Assembly: GCA_965203485.1 (NCBI GenBank)
Contig: OZ241892.1
Coordinates: forward strand, 672,001-736,000
DNA: 64,000 nt
Reading direction: 5' to 3'
Source: Longimicrobiales bacterium
Lineage (GTDB): Bacteria > Gemmatimonadota > Gemmatimonadetes > Longimicrobiales > Gaopeijiaceae
Shown here: one piece after another, positions 55,433 through 64,000 of the stretch
Numbering within the stretch: position 1 is the stretch's first letter
Layout: each line of letters opens with the position of its first letter
The notes under the pieces: model-generated
Seen by the model: only the letters and a program-made list of their open reading frames with translations
Databases searched by the model: none
What the model was told of the DNA's origin: nothing
Position numbers and translations under genes: made by a program

Positions 55433-57287
55433 GAAGCAGCGAATCGGCGGCGGCCCGGTCCTCGCTGGGCAACTCCGGAACCCTGTCGAGCAGGCGGTGC
55501 ACTGCCTCGGGGCGGAAGAACGGGGTCGCGGCCAGCGCCGGGCCGCGCAACGTGTCCTGAACGAAGTCGTGCAACGGCGTGCCGGCCAGTCCGGCGCCGG
55601 GCGGCGCCCAGAAGGGCCGCTTCGGCCGGGAGCGGACCTGGGCCGGGATGTAGGGTCGCATCGCGTCGCGCAGCAGCTGCTTCTCGACGGCGCCGCCCGC
55701 CAGCAAGTCCAGCGGAAGCGTGTTCGCGTGCTCGAACAGCACGTGGTCCAGGAAGGGAAGCCGCACTTCCACGCCGTGGGCCATGTCGAGCCGGTCGGCG
55801 GCCAAGTGGTAGTTCGCGAATAGCGACCGGAGCCAGAGGTACAGCAGGCGGCGGGCGGGTTCGCGCCGGGACAGGCCGGCCTCGCGGTCGCAGCGGTCGT
55901 AGAAGGCCCGGTAGAGGTCGAGGCCCCGAAACTCGTGCCGGAAGCCGGGGGCGTGCAGGGCCTGCAAGTAGTCGAGTCCGCGCGCCAGCCTGGCGAACAG
56001 GCCGGGACCGGCGCCCATGACGGCCGCCGCCCGGGCAAGCCACGGAGACGCCGCGGCCAGCCCCGGGTGCCGGCGGCCCGGCCAGCGAAGCAAGCGGGCC
56101 AGGAGCCGCAACTGCCTGCCCAAGCCCCGGCCGGCGCCCGCGCGGACGGCTGCCCGGAGGAACTCGTAGCCGAAGAACGCCTCGTCGGCTCCTTCGCCGG
56201 CGAGCACTGACTTCCATCCGGCTTCGCGCACGGCGCGCGCCAACAGGAATCGCGCCGCCCCGTGTGCGTTGTACTGCAGCGTCTCCGCGTGCCACACGGC
56301 GTCCGCGAAGTGGTCCGCCAAGTCCGCGCCCCGCAACCGCACGACGTGATGGGCGGCCCCGGCGGCCGCGGCCGCCTCGCGCGCGGCGCCGGTCTCGTCG
56401 TACGCCCCGTCGTCGAAGCCGACGGTGAAAGCGGCCGGCGGCTCGTCGCTGCAGGCCGCGGCCACGCCCAGGACGCAGGACGAGTCGAGCCCGCCCGAAA
56501 GCAGGCATCCCACCGGCACGTCCGCGACCAGCCGCAAGCGCACGGCTTCTTCCACGGCCTCGCGCATCAGGGCGCCGGCCTGTTCCGGGTCCGGGCCCGG
56601 CGCCCGCGCATCGGGCGGCGACGGCGGCAGGTCCCAGTACCGCGTCAGGCGAGTCTGCCCGCGCGAGGCGACCAGGAAGTGGCCGGGCGGCAACTGGCGC
56701 ACGCCAGCAAACAGCGACCGCCGCTCGTCAGGGCAAGCGTGCAGAGCATGGTAGACGGCGCGCCGGTCCCACGCCCGCGGCACGCCCGCGGCGAACAGAG
56801 CCTTGGCCTCCGAAGCCAAGTACAGCGCCCCGGCGTGCTCGCAATAGAACAGCGGCTTGAGGCCGAAGCGGTCCCTTGCCGCAAAGAGTTCGCCCGCCTC
56901 CTCGTCCCACGCCACGAAGGCGAACTGGCCGCGCAGGCTCGCCAGGCATTCGCTGCCGGCCTCCTCGAACAAGTGCACCGCGATCTCGCTGTCCGACCGG
57001 GTGCGAAAGCGGTGGCCCCGCCGTTGAAGAGACGCCCGGATTGCCTCGAAGTCGTAGAACTCTCCGTTGGCGGCGACGCGCAGGCGGCCGTCCTCGTTGG
57101 CAATGGGCTGCGCACCGTCCGGATCGTTGATCGCCAAGCGTGCATGTCCGATGCCGGCGCGTCCCGACGGCGACAGCCACGTCCGCGAGCCGTCGGGTCC
57201 GCGGTGGCGCAGGGCCGCGGTGGCGCGCGCCAGGGCCGTGGGCGAGACGGGGCCGTCGCGAGAAAGGATCGCCGCTACGCCGCACAT
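55386..57287 (-). CDS. asnB: Asparagine synthase (glutamine-hydrolysing) family amidotransferase
   Basis: MCG N-terminus, HRGPD, GHARLAI, NGEFY, SDSE, RDRFGLKPLFY, LSGGLDSS, GEGADE, EVRLPFLD. Confidence 0.93.
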   Translation of the reverse strand: MCGVAAILSRDGPVSPTALARATAALRHRGPDGSRTWLSPSGRAGIGHARLAINDPDGAQPIANEDGRLRVAANGEFYDFEAIRASLQRRGHRFRTRSDSEIAVHLFEEAGSECLASLRGQFAFVAWDEEAGELFAARDRFGLKPLFYCEHAGALYLASEAKALFAAGVPRAWDRRAVYHALHACPDERRSLFAGVRQLPPGHFLVASRGQTRLTRYWDLPPSPPDARAPGPDPEQAGALMREAVEEAVRLRLVADVPVGCLLSGGLDSSCVLGVAAACSDEPPAAFTVGFDDGAYDETGAAREAAAAAGAAHHVVRLRGADLADHFADAVWHAETLQYNAHGAARFLLARAVREAGWKSVLAGEGADEAFFGYEFLRAAVRAGAGRGLGRQLRLLARLLRWPGRRHPGLAAASPWLARAAAVMGAGPGLFARLARGLDYLQALHAPGFRHEFRGLDLYRAFYDRCDREAGLSRREPARRLLYLWLRSLFANYHLAADRLDMAHGVEVRLPFLDHVLFEHANTLPLDLLAGGAVEKQLLRDAMRPYIPAQVRSRPKRPFWAPPGAGLAGTPLHDFVQDTLRGPALAATPFFRPEAVHRLLDRVPELPSEDRAAADSLLLMLASVAVLQERHRL

Positions 57288-58753
57288 GCGTCCCTCGTCC
57301 GTCCATCGGCCCGCAGCACGACGGCGCGGCCGCCCCGGCACTCGAAGCGCATGAGGAAGCGGCGCTCTCCACGGGCCAGGGCCAAGTTGTCGGGCGTCAC
57401 CCGCTGCACCACCGCGAACGCTTCGACGACGCACGCGTCCCGGCAGCGCCGAGCGTATCTTTGCGCGTGGCGGGCGAGGAGCGATGTCCGAACCGCCGCC
57501 AGCGCGGCCGGGTCCATCTGCATCCAGACGTTGCCGATCAAGTACGACTGCAACAGCAGATGCCGCATCCCGTCGGGAAACAAATGGCGGGAATCAATCG
57601 GCTCGGCGCCGCCCGGTACGATCCTGCGGACCTCGTAGCGGACGTGGAAGTTGCGTTCGTCGACCCAGTCGAACAGTCGGTAGCTCTGAAAGACGCCGGC
57701 CCACCAGAGCAGGAAGCGCACCGGGTTTCCCCACCGCCCGCCGCTCCAAGGCTTCCCGAGTCGCGTCCGGGTCAGCACGGCCTCCCACGCGGACATCGCG
57801 GCCAGCGCCGCAACCAGCGCCCACCCCGCGATGCCCGCCAGACGGGTCCCGGCTCCCCAAGCGGTTCCTCCGGCCCGCTGGTCGGCGCCGCCCGGCGCCC
57901 CCGGCATGCCGAGCCACCCCTGCATGATCTCCGGGCCGAACGCCAAGGGCAGCGCCGCGAGCATCGCCGCGTTGGCGTATGGGATCTTCAGCGTCGCCGC
58001 GATGCCGCCGTGGAAGACCAGCGCGCACCCTGCCAGGAACCACTTGAGCGCCGAACCGGCCGGCAACACGAACACGAGCGGAAACAGCGGCTCCAGGAGC
58101 AGCGCCGCCCAGGTCGCCGCCCGCAGCACGCCCGCATGCCGCAACGTCCAGAAGTCCGGGGAGCGCGCCACCGGCATCTTGAGCGCCGCGTGCATCGCGC
58201 TTCCGCCTCGCCACATGGGACTCGCGAACTTGTAGAGTCCGGCGACGAAGTAGACCAGCGCCATGTTGGCCATGAAGGCTCGCGCCGCCATGCCCGGCGC
58301 CGCGGCCTCGACCGCCCGTTCGCCGGCCAGCCAATCCGCCAAAGCCAGCGTCTCCCCGACCGGCAGCAGCGCCAGCCACAGGCAGAGCACGTGCACCATC
58401 GCGTCGTCCAGGTAGGCGGCCAGGGCGTTCCACCGGTACGTGGACGCGGCGATCACGAAGAGAAGAGCCGCTGCTGCGCGCGGGTGGAATCCGGCGACCA
58501 CGGCCAGCGACGCCGCGCACGCGAACGCGAAGACGCAGCGAAAGACCCACGCCGGCGTCCCGGGCTGGAACACGCTCCAGCGCGTGGGAGGAAACAGCCC
58601 AGCGCAGAGCCGGTGGTCGATCAGCCCGTCCGGCCCGCTGAAGTCGCCGACTTGGCGCCACGCCTGCCAGAAGTAGGCGAACAGCACGATCCCTCCGCCG
58701 ATTCGGACAAGGTCGACGGGAAGCGCGTATACGGGCGCGGCCAAGGTTGTCAT
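57275..58753 (-). CDS. HTTM-domain membrane protein (vitamin-K-dependent carboxylase/SdpB-like fold)
   Basis: LVRIGGG..., GPDGL, LVYFVAGLYK..SPMWRGG.A, LLLEPLFP, FHGGIA; soluble C-terminal domain beginning GVFQSYRLF. Overlaps the asnB start by 13 nt. Confidence 0.78.
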   Translation of the reverse strand: MTTLAAPVYALPVDLVRIGGGIVLFAYFWQAWRQVGDFSGPDGLIDHRLCAGLFPPTRWSVFQPGTPAWVFRCVFAFACAASLAVVAGFHPRAAAALLFVIAASTYRWNALAAYLDDAMVHVLCLWLALLPVGETLALADWLAGERAVEAAAPGMAARAFMANMALVYFVAGLYKFASPMWRGGSAMHAALKMPVARSPDFWTLRHAGVLRAATWAALLLEPLFPLVFVLPAGSALKWFLAGCALVFHGGIAATLKIPYANAAMLAALPLAFGPEIMQGWLGMPGAPGGADQRAGGTAWGAGTRLAGIAGWALVAALAAMSAWEAVLTRTRLGKPWSGGRWGNPVRFLLWWAGVFQSYRLFDWVDERNFHVRYEVRRIVPGGAEPIDSRHLFPDGMRHLLLQSYLIGNVWMQMDPAALAAVRTSLLARHAQRYARRCRDACVVEAFAVVQRVTPDNLALARGERRFLMRFECRGGRAVVLRADGRTRDACAA

Positions 58754-58890
58754 GTCGCCGTGTGATATAAGACCGGGAGGTGCCGCGGGCCATATATTCC
58801 GGGTTCCGGCTTCCCGCCGGACGACGGACGCTCGGTTGCCGGAGCGTTGCGTCGAGGACGGCCTCTTCGACTCCGGCGCGGACCCACTAG

Positions 58891-60006
58891 ATGGAGTTCC
58901 TGGGATTCGATCTCGACCTGCTCGACGTCCAGGCGTGGTGGTTGCTGACGGTCGAGACGGCCAAGCCGCGGCTGGCGCCGAGCGCGATGGCCGTGCTGCT
59001 GGCGGGCTTGAGCCACGTCGTCGCCTCGCGCGTGCTCTCGCGGATCGAAGAGCGGGTGACGCGCCGCACGGCCACGGTCGTGGACGACCATGTCCTGCGG
59101 TTCTTCCGGGCCGCCCTTCCCACGTCGATTCTCGTGTGGGCGGCGTGGCGGTTGCTGATCATCTGGGCGATGCCGACGCCGGCCTCGTGGGTGGCCGCGC
59201 TCTGGGTGGCGTTCCTCTTCTTTCCGCTGAGCCGCTTGGTGGGCGACGTGCTTGCCGTCGCCGAGTCGCAGTTGATGGCGGCGTCGGGCACGAACTTGGA
59301 CGAGACGACGCTGCCGCTCATCAACCGCGGGGTGCGCATCGTGATCGTCGTCCTGGGAATCGTGCTCGCGCTCGACCGGCTGGGGATGCAGATACAGCCC
59401 TTCCTGGCCGGCGCGGGCGTGATGGGACTGGCGCTGTCGTTCGCGGCGAAGGACACGCTCTCCAACCTGATTGCGGGCGTGCTGCTCATCCTCGACCGCC
59501 CGTTCCAGGTGGGCGACAGAGTCGAGCTGTGGACGGCCCCGACCGAGACCGGCACTTGGGGCGACGTGATCGAGATCGGCCTGCGCGCCACCAAGATCCG
59601 CAACCCGGACAACTTGGTCGTCGTGGTGCCGAACAACGAGATCATGCAGCGCGACATCGTCAACTACACCATGTCGGGGAATCACATCCGCCTTCGACTT
59701 CCGTTCTCGGTGGCGTACGAGAGCGACATCGAGCGGGCCAAGGAAGTCCTGATCGCCACCGCGCTCGAGGTGAGGGGGGTGAAGCCCGAGCCGGCGCCGA
59801 TTGTGATCCTCCGAGGGTTCGGCCCGTCCGAGGTCAACCTGCAGTTGCGCGTCTGGATACGCGACGCGCGGGCGCGCCGCCGGGTCGCCGACGAAATCAC
59901 CGAGCGCGCGCTGGGCGCCTTCGCGGCTGCCGGCTTGGAGATCCCCCACCCCAAGCGAGAGCTGTACATCCGCTCGCAGGACGCCGTCGCGGCGCCTCCC
60001 GGATAG
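58891..60006 (+). CDS. Small-conductance mechanosensitive channel (MscS family)
   Basis: LAGAGVMGLALSFAAKDTLSNLIAG, DRPFQVGDRV, IGLRATKIR, VPNN. Confidence 0.93.
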   Translation: MEFLGFDLDLLDVQAWWLLTVETAKPRLAPSAMAVLLAGLSHVVASRVLSRIEERVTRRTATVVDDHVLRFFRAALPTSILVWAAWRLLIIWAMPTPASWVAALWVAFLFFPLSRLVGDVLAVAESQLMAASGTNLDETTLPLINRGVRIVIVVLGIVLALDRLGMQIQPFLAGAGVMGLALSFAAKDTLSNLIAGVLLILDRPFQVGDRVELWTAPTETGTWGDVIEIGLRATKIRNPDNLVVVVPNNEIMQRDIVNYTMSGNHIRLRLPFSVAYESDIERAKEVLIATALEVRGVKPEPAPIVILRGFGPSEVNLQLRVWIRDARARRRVADEITERALGAFAAAGLEIPHPKRELYIRSQDAVAAPPG

Positions 60007-60151
60007 GGAGCTTGGGCGGGGCCGGCCCCAGGGCGACGGTTCGTCCGTTCCGCCCAGTTCGCAGGAAGCCGGTGCGCGGCGCTACTGTTGAAGAGCCGAA
60101 AACACCTCCGCCCGCCGCCCTTGAGCGAATCCTCCCCAACCAAGAGAACGC

Positions 60152-61399
60152 ATGGACGATAAGCACGCTTCGGGACCGGTTGCGCCTGCCGTGCCCGCCA
60201 CACTCGCGGCGCCCTCGGCATCCCCCGAGCCCGGCCCCTCTCGGGAAGCCGCGGCCGGTTCGCAGGGCAAGGCCGCTCCGGTGGCCCGCCGGAGCTTTCT
60301 CGGCAAGGCGGCGAGCGGCTTGGCGGGCGCGGGCATCGTCAGCGCCTGCGGGGCAGGCGGCGGGGGAGACGACGAGGCGCCGTCGGTCCAGACCCGCCCG
60401 CGCGTCCAGTGGCGGCTGGCCTCGAGCTTCCCCCGCGGACTCGACACGATCTTCGGATCGGCCGAAATGCTGGGCGAGATCACGTCGGAGCTGACGGGCG
60501 GCCGCTTCCAGATACGCCCCTATCCCGCGGGCGAGCTCGTGGGCGGGCTCCAGGTCATGGACGCGGTCCAGCAGGGCTCGGCGCAGGTCGGGCAGAGCAC
60601 CAGCTACTACTTCACCGGCAAGAACCAGGCACTGGCCTTCGACGCGGGCGTTCCCTTCGGGATGACCGCCCGCCAGCAAGACGCATGGCTCAACGAGGGC
60701 GGCGGCGGCGAGGTGATCCGGGGCGTCTTCGCCGACTTCGGCATCATCTCGTTTCCGGCGGGCAACACGGGCGGCCAGATGGGCGGCTGGTTCCGCCGCG
60801 AAGTGAACTCGGCCGAGGACCTGCGCGGCCTCAAGATGCGGATCCCCGGCCTGGGCGGCGACGTCATGAACCGCATGGGCGTGACGGTGCAGGTCCTCGC
60901 CGGCGGCGACATCTATCCGGCCCTGGAGCGCGGCGCCATCGACGCGACCGAGTGGGTCGGCCCGTACGACGACGAGAAGCTGGGCCTCCACCAGGCCGCC
61001 ACCTACTACTACTACCCCGGCTGGTGGGAGCCGTGCGCCTCGATGTCGTACCAGGTCAACCGCGCCGCATGGGACGCCTTGCCGTCCGAGTACCAGGCCG
61101 TCTTCGAGGTCGCGGCCCAGGCGTCGGCCCGGCGGATGCTCCAGGCCTACGACGCCAAGAATCCCCCGGCCTTGCGCCGCCTTATGGACGCGGGCGTGCA
61201 GCTCCGCCCGTTCTCGGACGAGATCATGGGCCTGGCCCGCGCGACCATCGAGGAGATCCTCGAGGACTACGCGAGCGCCGACCCCCAGTACCGCGCCGTC
61301 TACGACCACTGGCGCGACTTCCGCGACGCCTCCCACCGCTGGTTCGGCACCGCCGAGCTCCGCTACGCCAGCTTCGCGTTCGGCGGCGGGGCGGCGTAG
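60152..61399 (+). CDS. dctP: TRAP transporter substrate-binding protein (TakP-like), Tat lipoprotein
   Basis: RRSFL Tat motif and VSA-C; WRLASSFP, GNTGGQMGGWF, GLKMRIPG, IDATEWVGPYDD, YYYPGWWEP. Confidence 0.93.
   Translation: MDDKHASGPVAPAVPATLAAPSASPEPGPSREAAAGSQGKAAPVARRSFLGKAASGLAGAGIVSACGAGGGGDDEAPSVQTRPRVQWRLASSFPRGLDTIFGSAEMLGEITSELTGGRFQIRPYPAGELVGGLQVMDAVQQGSAQVGQSTSYYFTGKNQALAFDAGVPFGMTARQQDAWLNEGGGGEVIRGVFADFGIISFPAGNTGGQMGGWFRREVNSAEDLRGLKMRIPGLGGDVMNRMGVTVQVLAGGDIYPALERGAIDATEWVGPYDDEKLGLHQAATYYYYPGWWEPCASMSYQVNRAAWDALPSEYQAVFEVAAQASARRMLQAYDAKNPPALRRLMDAGVQLRPFSDEIMGLARATIEEILEDYASADPQYRAVYDHWRDFRDASHRWFGTAELRYASFAFGGGAA
61348..61399 (+). repeat. 52-bp direct repeat (dctP 3' end), att-like copy 1
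   Basis: 45/52 ungapped identity to 62731-62782, with a 17-bp identical core CGCTACGCCAGCTTCGC. Confidence 0.85.
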
Positions 61400-61522
61400 C
61401 GGAGGGCATCGGCGCGGCGCCCTCGGCGCAAGCCAGCGCGCGCGCATGCGGGTGAACGCGAAGATCCGGCCGGCCTGGTCCACCGGACATCCTGGCGCGC
61501 GCATGCAAGCGAGTCCGAGGCC

Positions 61523-62132
61523 GTGAGCTCTTCCAAAACGGGCGCGTCCGCCGTCGGCCGCGACGATCCCCGAAGCGCGATTCGGCGGCGCGACCGCGGC
61601 CAGGACGACACCGTGGGTGGCGGCGTTCCTGAAGCGGGCGCCCTACGGGTTCCTAGCCACGGTCGCCCAAGACGGCCAGCCGTTCCTGAACTCCAATCTG
61701 TTCGTGTTCGACGACGGCGGCGGCGAACGGCGCATCTACCTCCACACGCACCGAACCGGCCGGACGCGGGACAACGTGGAGCCCGGCGCGCGGGCGGCCT
61801 TCGGGGCGGTGACCATGGGACGCCTGCTCCCCGCTCCGGAAGCGCTGGAGTTCTCGGTGGAGTACGCGAGCGTCGTCGCCTTCGGGACGGGCAGCGTCGT
61901 GGTCGATCCGAAGGAGGCGAAGGCCGCCCTGCAGATGCTGCTGGACAAGTACGCGCCGCATCTCCGGCCCGGCCGGGACTACCGGGCGACGACGGACGAG
62001 GAGCTGGCCCGCACGGCGGTGTACCGAATCGACGTGGAGACGTGGAGCGGCAAGCAGAAGGCCGAGGCTCCCGACTTTCCGGGCGCGTTCGACGTGGCCG
62101 GGCTCTCAGTTCCGTTTCCGGGGAGGGCGTAG
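61523..62132 (+). pseudogene. Pyridoxamine-oxidase-like flavin-binding (NimA-like) gene with +1 frameshift
   Basis: One frame gives ...AIRRRDRGQDDT; the next gives WVAAFLKRAPYGFLATV...FSVEYASVVAFG...WSGK. Removing one C at 61611-61612 joins them. Confidence 0.75.
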
Positions 62133-62159
62133 GCGCGGGACGAGCACGCCCCCCTCAGC

Positions 62160-62570
62160 GAGCTTCGCTCGGACGGCAGCAGTTCGCGGGTCGGGGCCAA
62201 GAGCGGCATGTGGACGCGTGCCCACGCCGCAGATGGCGTCCAAGAAGGAAGCGAGGTCGTTCTTCTTGGCGAGCCGATGGTGAAGAGCTTCATGTCGCAG
62301 TGCGACTTGGCTGGGGACTTGGTGAATGGAAGGGCCGCCCGGGCTCGCGCTGGGAACGGCCTTCGCCGCGGGCGAATCCGACTTCGCGCGCTTGGCGGGC
62401 CACGGCTTCCTCGACGCGCTCGTCCCGCATGCCGGGGGAAGAGGTTCCGTCTGCGCGTCGCTCAAGTTGTGCTTGGCGAGCAGGTCGTCCATGACGGCCG
62501 CGTGGGACGCGATGGAACCGTCCGCGAGGATGTGCTCGACGCCGACGCCCCGGCGGTCCAAGGCATGAGG
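62160..62570 (-). pseudogene. Remnants of two tandem DUF488-family genes
   Basis: ALDRRGVGVEHILADGSIASHAAVMDDLL / RDERVEEAVARQAREVGF (C-terminus of the first); MKLFTIG / AKKNDLASFLDAICGV / HMPLLAPTRELL (second), split over frames. Family recognised from memory. Confidence 0.65.
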
Positions 62571-62730
62571 CGCCCGTCCGCGTCGGCCGCTTCCTGCTTC
62601 AGGATTTCGGCGTCCAGCGGCGGCTTCACGGAGTCGTTGCAGGCTTCGCGAATCCATGTCTCCAAGACGCGCAACGCGTCGTCGCGCACTCGGCGTTGCG
62701 CGCGGCGGGCCGCCGGTTCTCGGCCCGACA

Positions 62731-62782
62731 CACCGCGGAGTTGCGCTACGCCAGCTTCGCCTCCGGCGGCGGGAAGGCGTAG
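62731..62782 (+). repeat. 52-bp direct repeat (displaced dctP 3' end), att-like copy 2
   Basis: Encodes TAELRYASFASGGGKA* versus TAELRYASFAFGGGAA* in dctP. Confidence 0.85.
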
Positions 62783-62860
62783 GGCGCGAGCCGGTGCCGC
62801 CGCGGCAGCGATGCGGTCGCCGGAAAGCAGGCCGGGTCCGGGACCTCGTCGCGCACCGGC

Positions 62861-64000
62861 TTGACCAACAGCGGGGATATGCCATTTTTTTCTCGTATCG
62901 TCGAGTGCGCCGGCGGTCGCGGACGAACAGAGGGATGGTTGAGAGGAGCCGAGAGCGAGATGAACCGAACCTGGCCACCCACGTCGCGAAGCGCTCGGCC
63001 CCGGCAAGGGGCGAGCCACGTCAGGAATCCCCCCCCCCCCCCCCCCTTGCGTTTGGCCAGTCGAAGCGTTCGGCTCCCACCCGATGGGGTAGGGAGGGCC
63101 GCGCGACCGGGGCGCGCCCGGCCTGGCGTCCACGAGCGCCGGCTCCCGACCCGCCGCTTCACGTCCGCGTAGCGCGGCTGGTTGACCAAGGTGCCTTTGT
63201 TTTTATCTTTCCCCCGTTCGTCGCGTGCGGCAAGTCTTCACGTTCCTGGCCGGACACCGTGGATTTGTGCTTGCCGTCATCTTCTTCTCGAATGAGGCAG
63301 AGCATGAGTACGCATGAGGCCCGTAAAGCTGAGACGAGGCCGACGCCCCTCCGGCCGACTGGCTGGCTGGCCCGAGCGATGCCGGTAGCGCGAACCTCGC
63401 TCGCGGCCCTCGGCCTGCTGGCGGCGTTCGGGACCACGGCGCCGGCGCCGCTGAGCGCCCAAACCACGCCGCCGGCGGTGAGCGGCGTGGGCATCACGAG
63501 CGACGCGGGGAGCGACAGCACGTACGTGGAGGGCGACACGATCAAGGTTTTGGTAGTGTTCAGCGAGTCGGTGGACGTGACGGGCACGCCGCAGTTGGCG
63601 CTGACGGTGGACACGATGACGCGTCAGGCGAGCTACGTGTCGGGCACGGGGAACGATTCGTTGGCGTTCCACTACGTGTTGCCGGTGACGTCGACGGACC
63701 GGGACGCTGACGGGATCAGCATAGCGGCGAGCGCGCTGGCTCTGAACGGCGGTACGATTCGGCGGGCGGGCGGTACGGTGGATGCGGTTCTGGGGTTGGG
63801 CGCCCACGCGGTCAGCAACGACAGGAACCATCAAGTTGCGCGTAGGCCGGCGATGGCGCCGATACATTTCCAGACGAATCCGGCGAGCGACCAGACGTTC
63901 GCAGCGGGGGAGGTGGTCCATCTGCGGATCACGTGGACCGACCGCGTGGACAAGCCGAACTGGCAGGCGATGAGGTTGGCGATCGAGATTGGCGAGGACA
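62861..64000 (+). repeat. Long direct repeat, copy 2 (adhesin leader with C18 tract at 63029-63046 plus 5' coding region); continues past the window
   Basis: Matches 39665-40806. Confidence 0.95.
63304..64000 (+). CDS. Second giant adhesin paralog, 5' end (runs off the right edge)
   Basis: No differences from 40110-40806 seen by eye (signal peptide, repeat 1, start of repeat 2). Confidence 0.88.
   Translation, partial: MSTHEARKAETRPTPLRPTGWLARAMPVARTSLAALGLLAAFGTTAPAPLSAQTTPPAVSGVGITSDAGSDSTYVEGDTIKVLVVFSESVDVTGTPQLALTVDTMTRQASYVSGTGNDSLAFHYVLPVTSTDRDADGISIAASALALNGGTIRRAGGTVDAVLGLGAHAVSNDRNHQVARRPAMAPIHFQTNPASDQTFAAGEVVHLRITWTDRVDKPNWQAMRLAIEIGED

Noticed and set aside
55386..57287. AsnB as a lasso-peptide cyclase
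   Set aside because: It has an intact Cys2 glutaminase domain, and no B1/B2 proteins or precursor lie nearby.

Overview
High-GC bacterial chromosomal window. Gene style (TonB receptor with N-terminal carboxypeptidase-regulatory-like domain, 6-bladed-propeller proteins, tRNAs without encoded CCA) suggests Gemmatimonadota, possibly host-associated; this is inference only. The backbone is housekeeping and transport genes: tRNA-Gly, tRNA-Cys, rho, tesA/ybbA/ybbP-like, aminotransferases, MFS, betaine-type ABC, TBDR-argG-argH, aroF, rpiA-rpe-TIGR01777-pdxH, ABC-F, asnB, MscS and a TRAP SBP. Three accessory areas stand out. (1) A ~13.8-kb gene for a ~4,590-aa autotransporter adhesin (27 Ig-like repeats, 4 cadherin repeats, beta-barrel). 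Its leader and 5' end recur 23.2 kb downstream, identical except for a poly-C tract (C20 vs C18). The tract lies in a short upstream ORF that would fuse in frame to the adhesin at C19, and a decayed copy of the gene's own 3' end lies just upstream. Together these suggest a phase-variable, recombining adhesin family. (2) A four-gene cassette between argH and aroF: a secreted miniprotein with a symmetric six-Cys motif, a beta-propeller and an ABC transporter. (3) Mobile-element scars: a solo IS1202/ISNCY-like end, an IS3 orfA relic, and a 52-bp duplication of the dctP 3' end bracketing a frameshifted gene and DUF488 remnants. All product calls come from motif recognition; no database searches were run.
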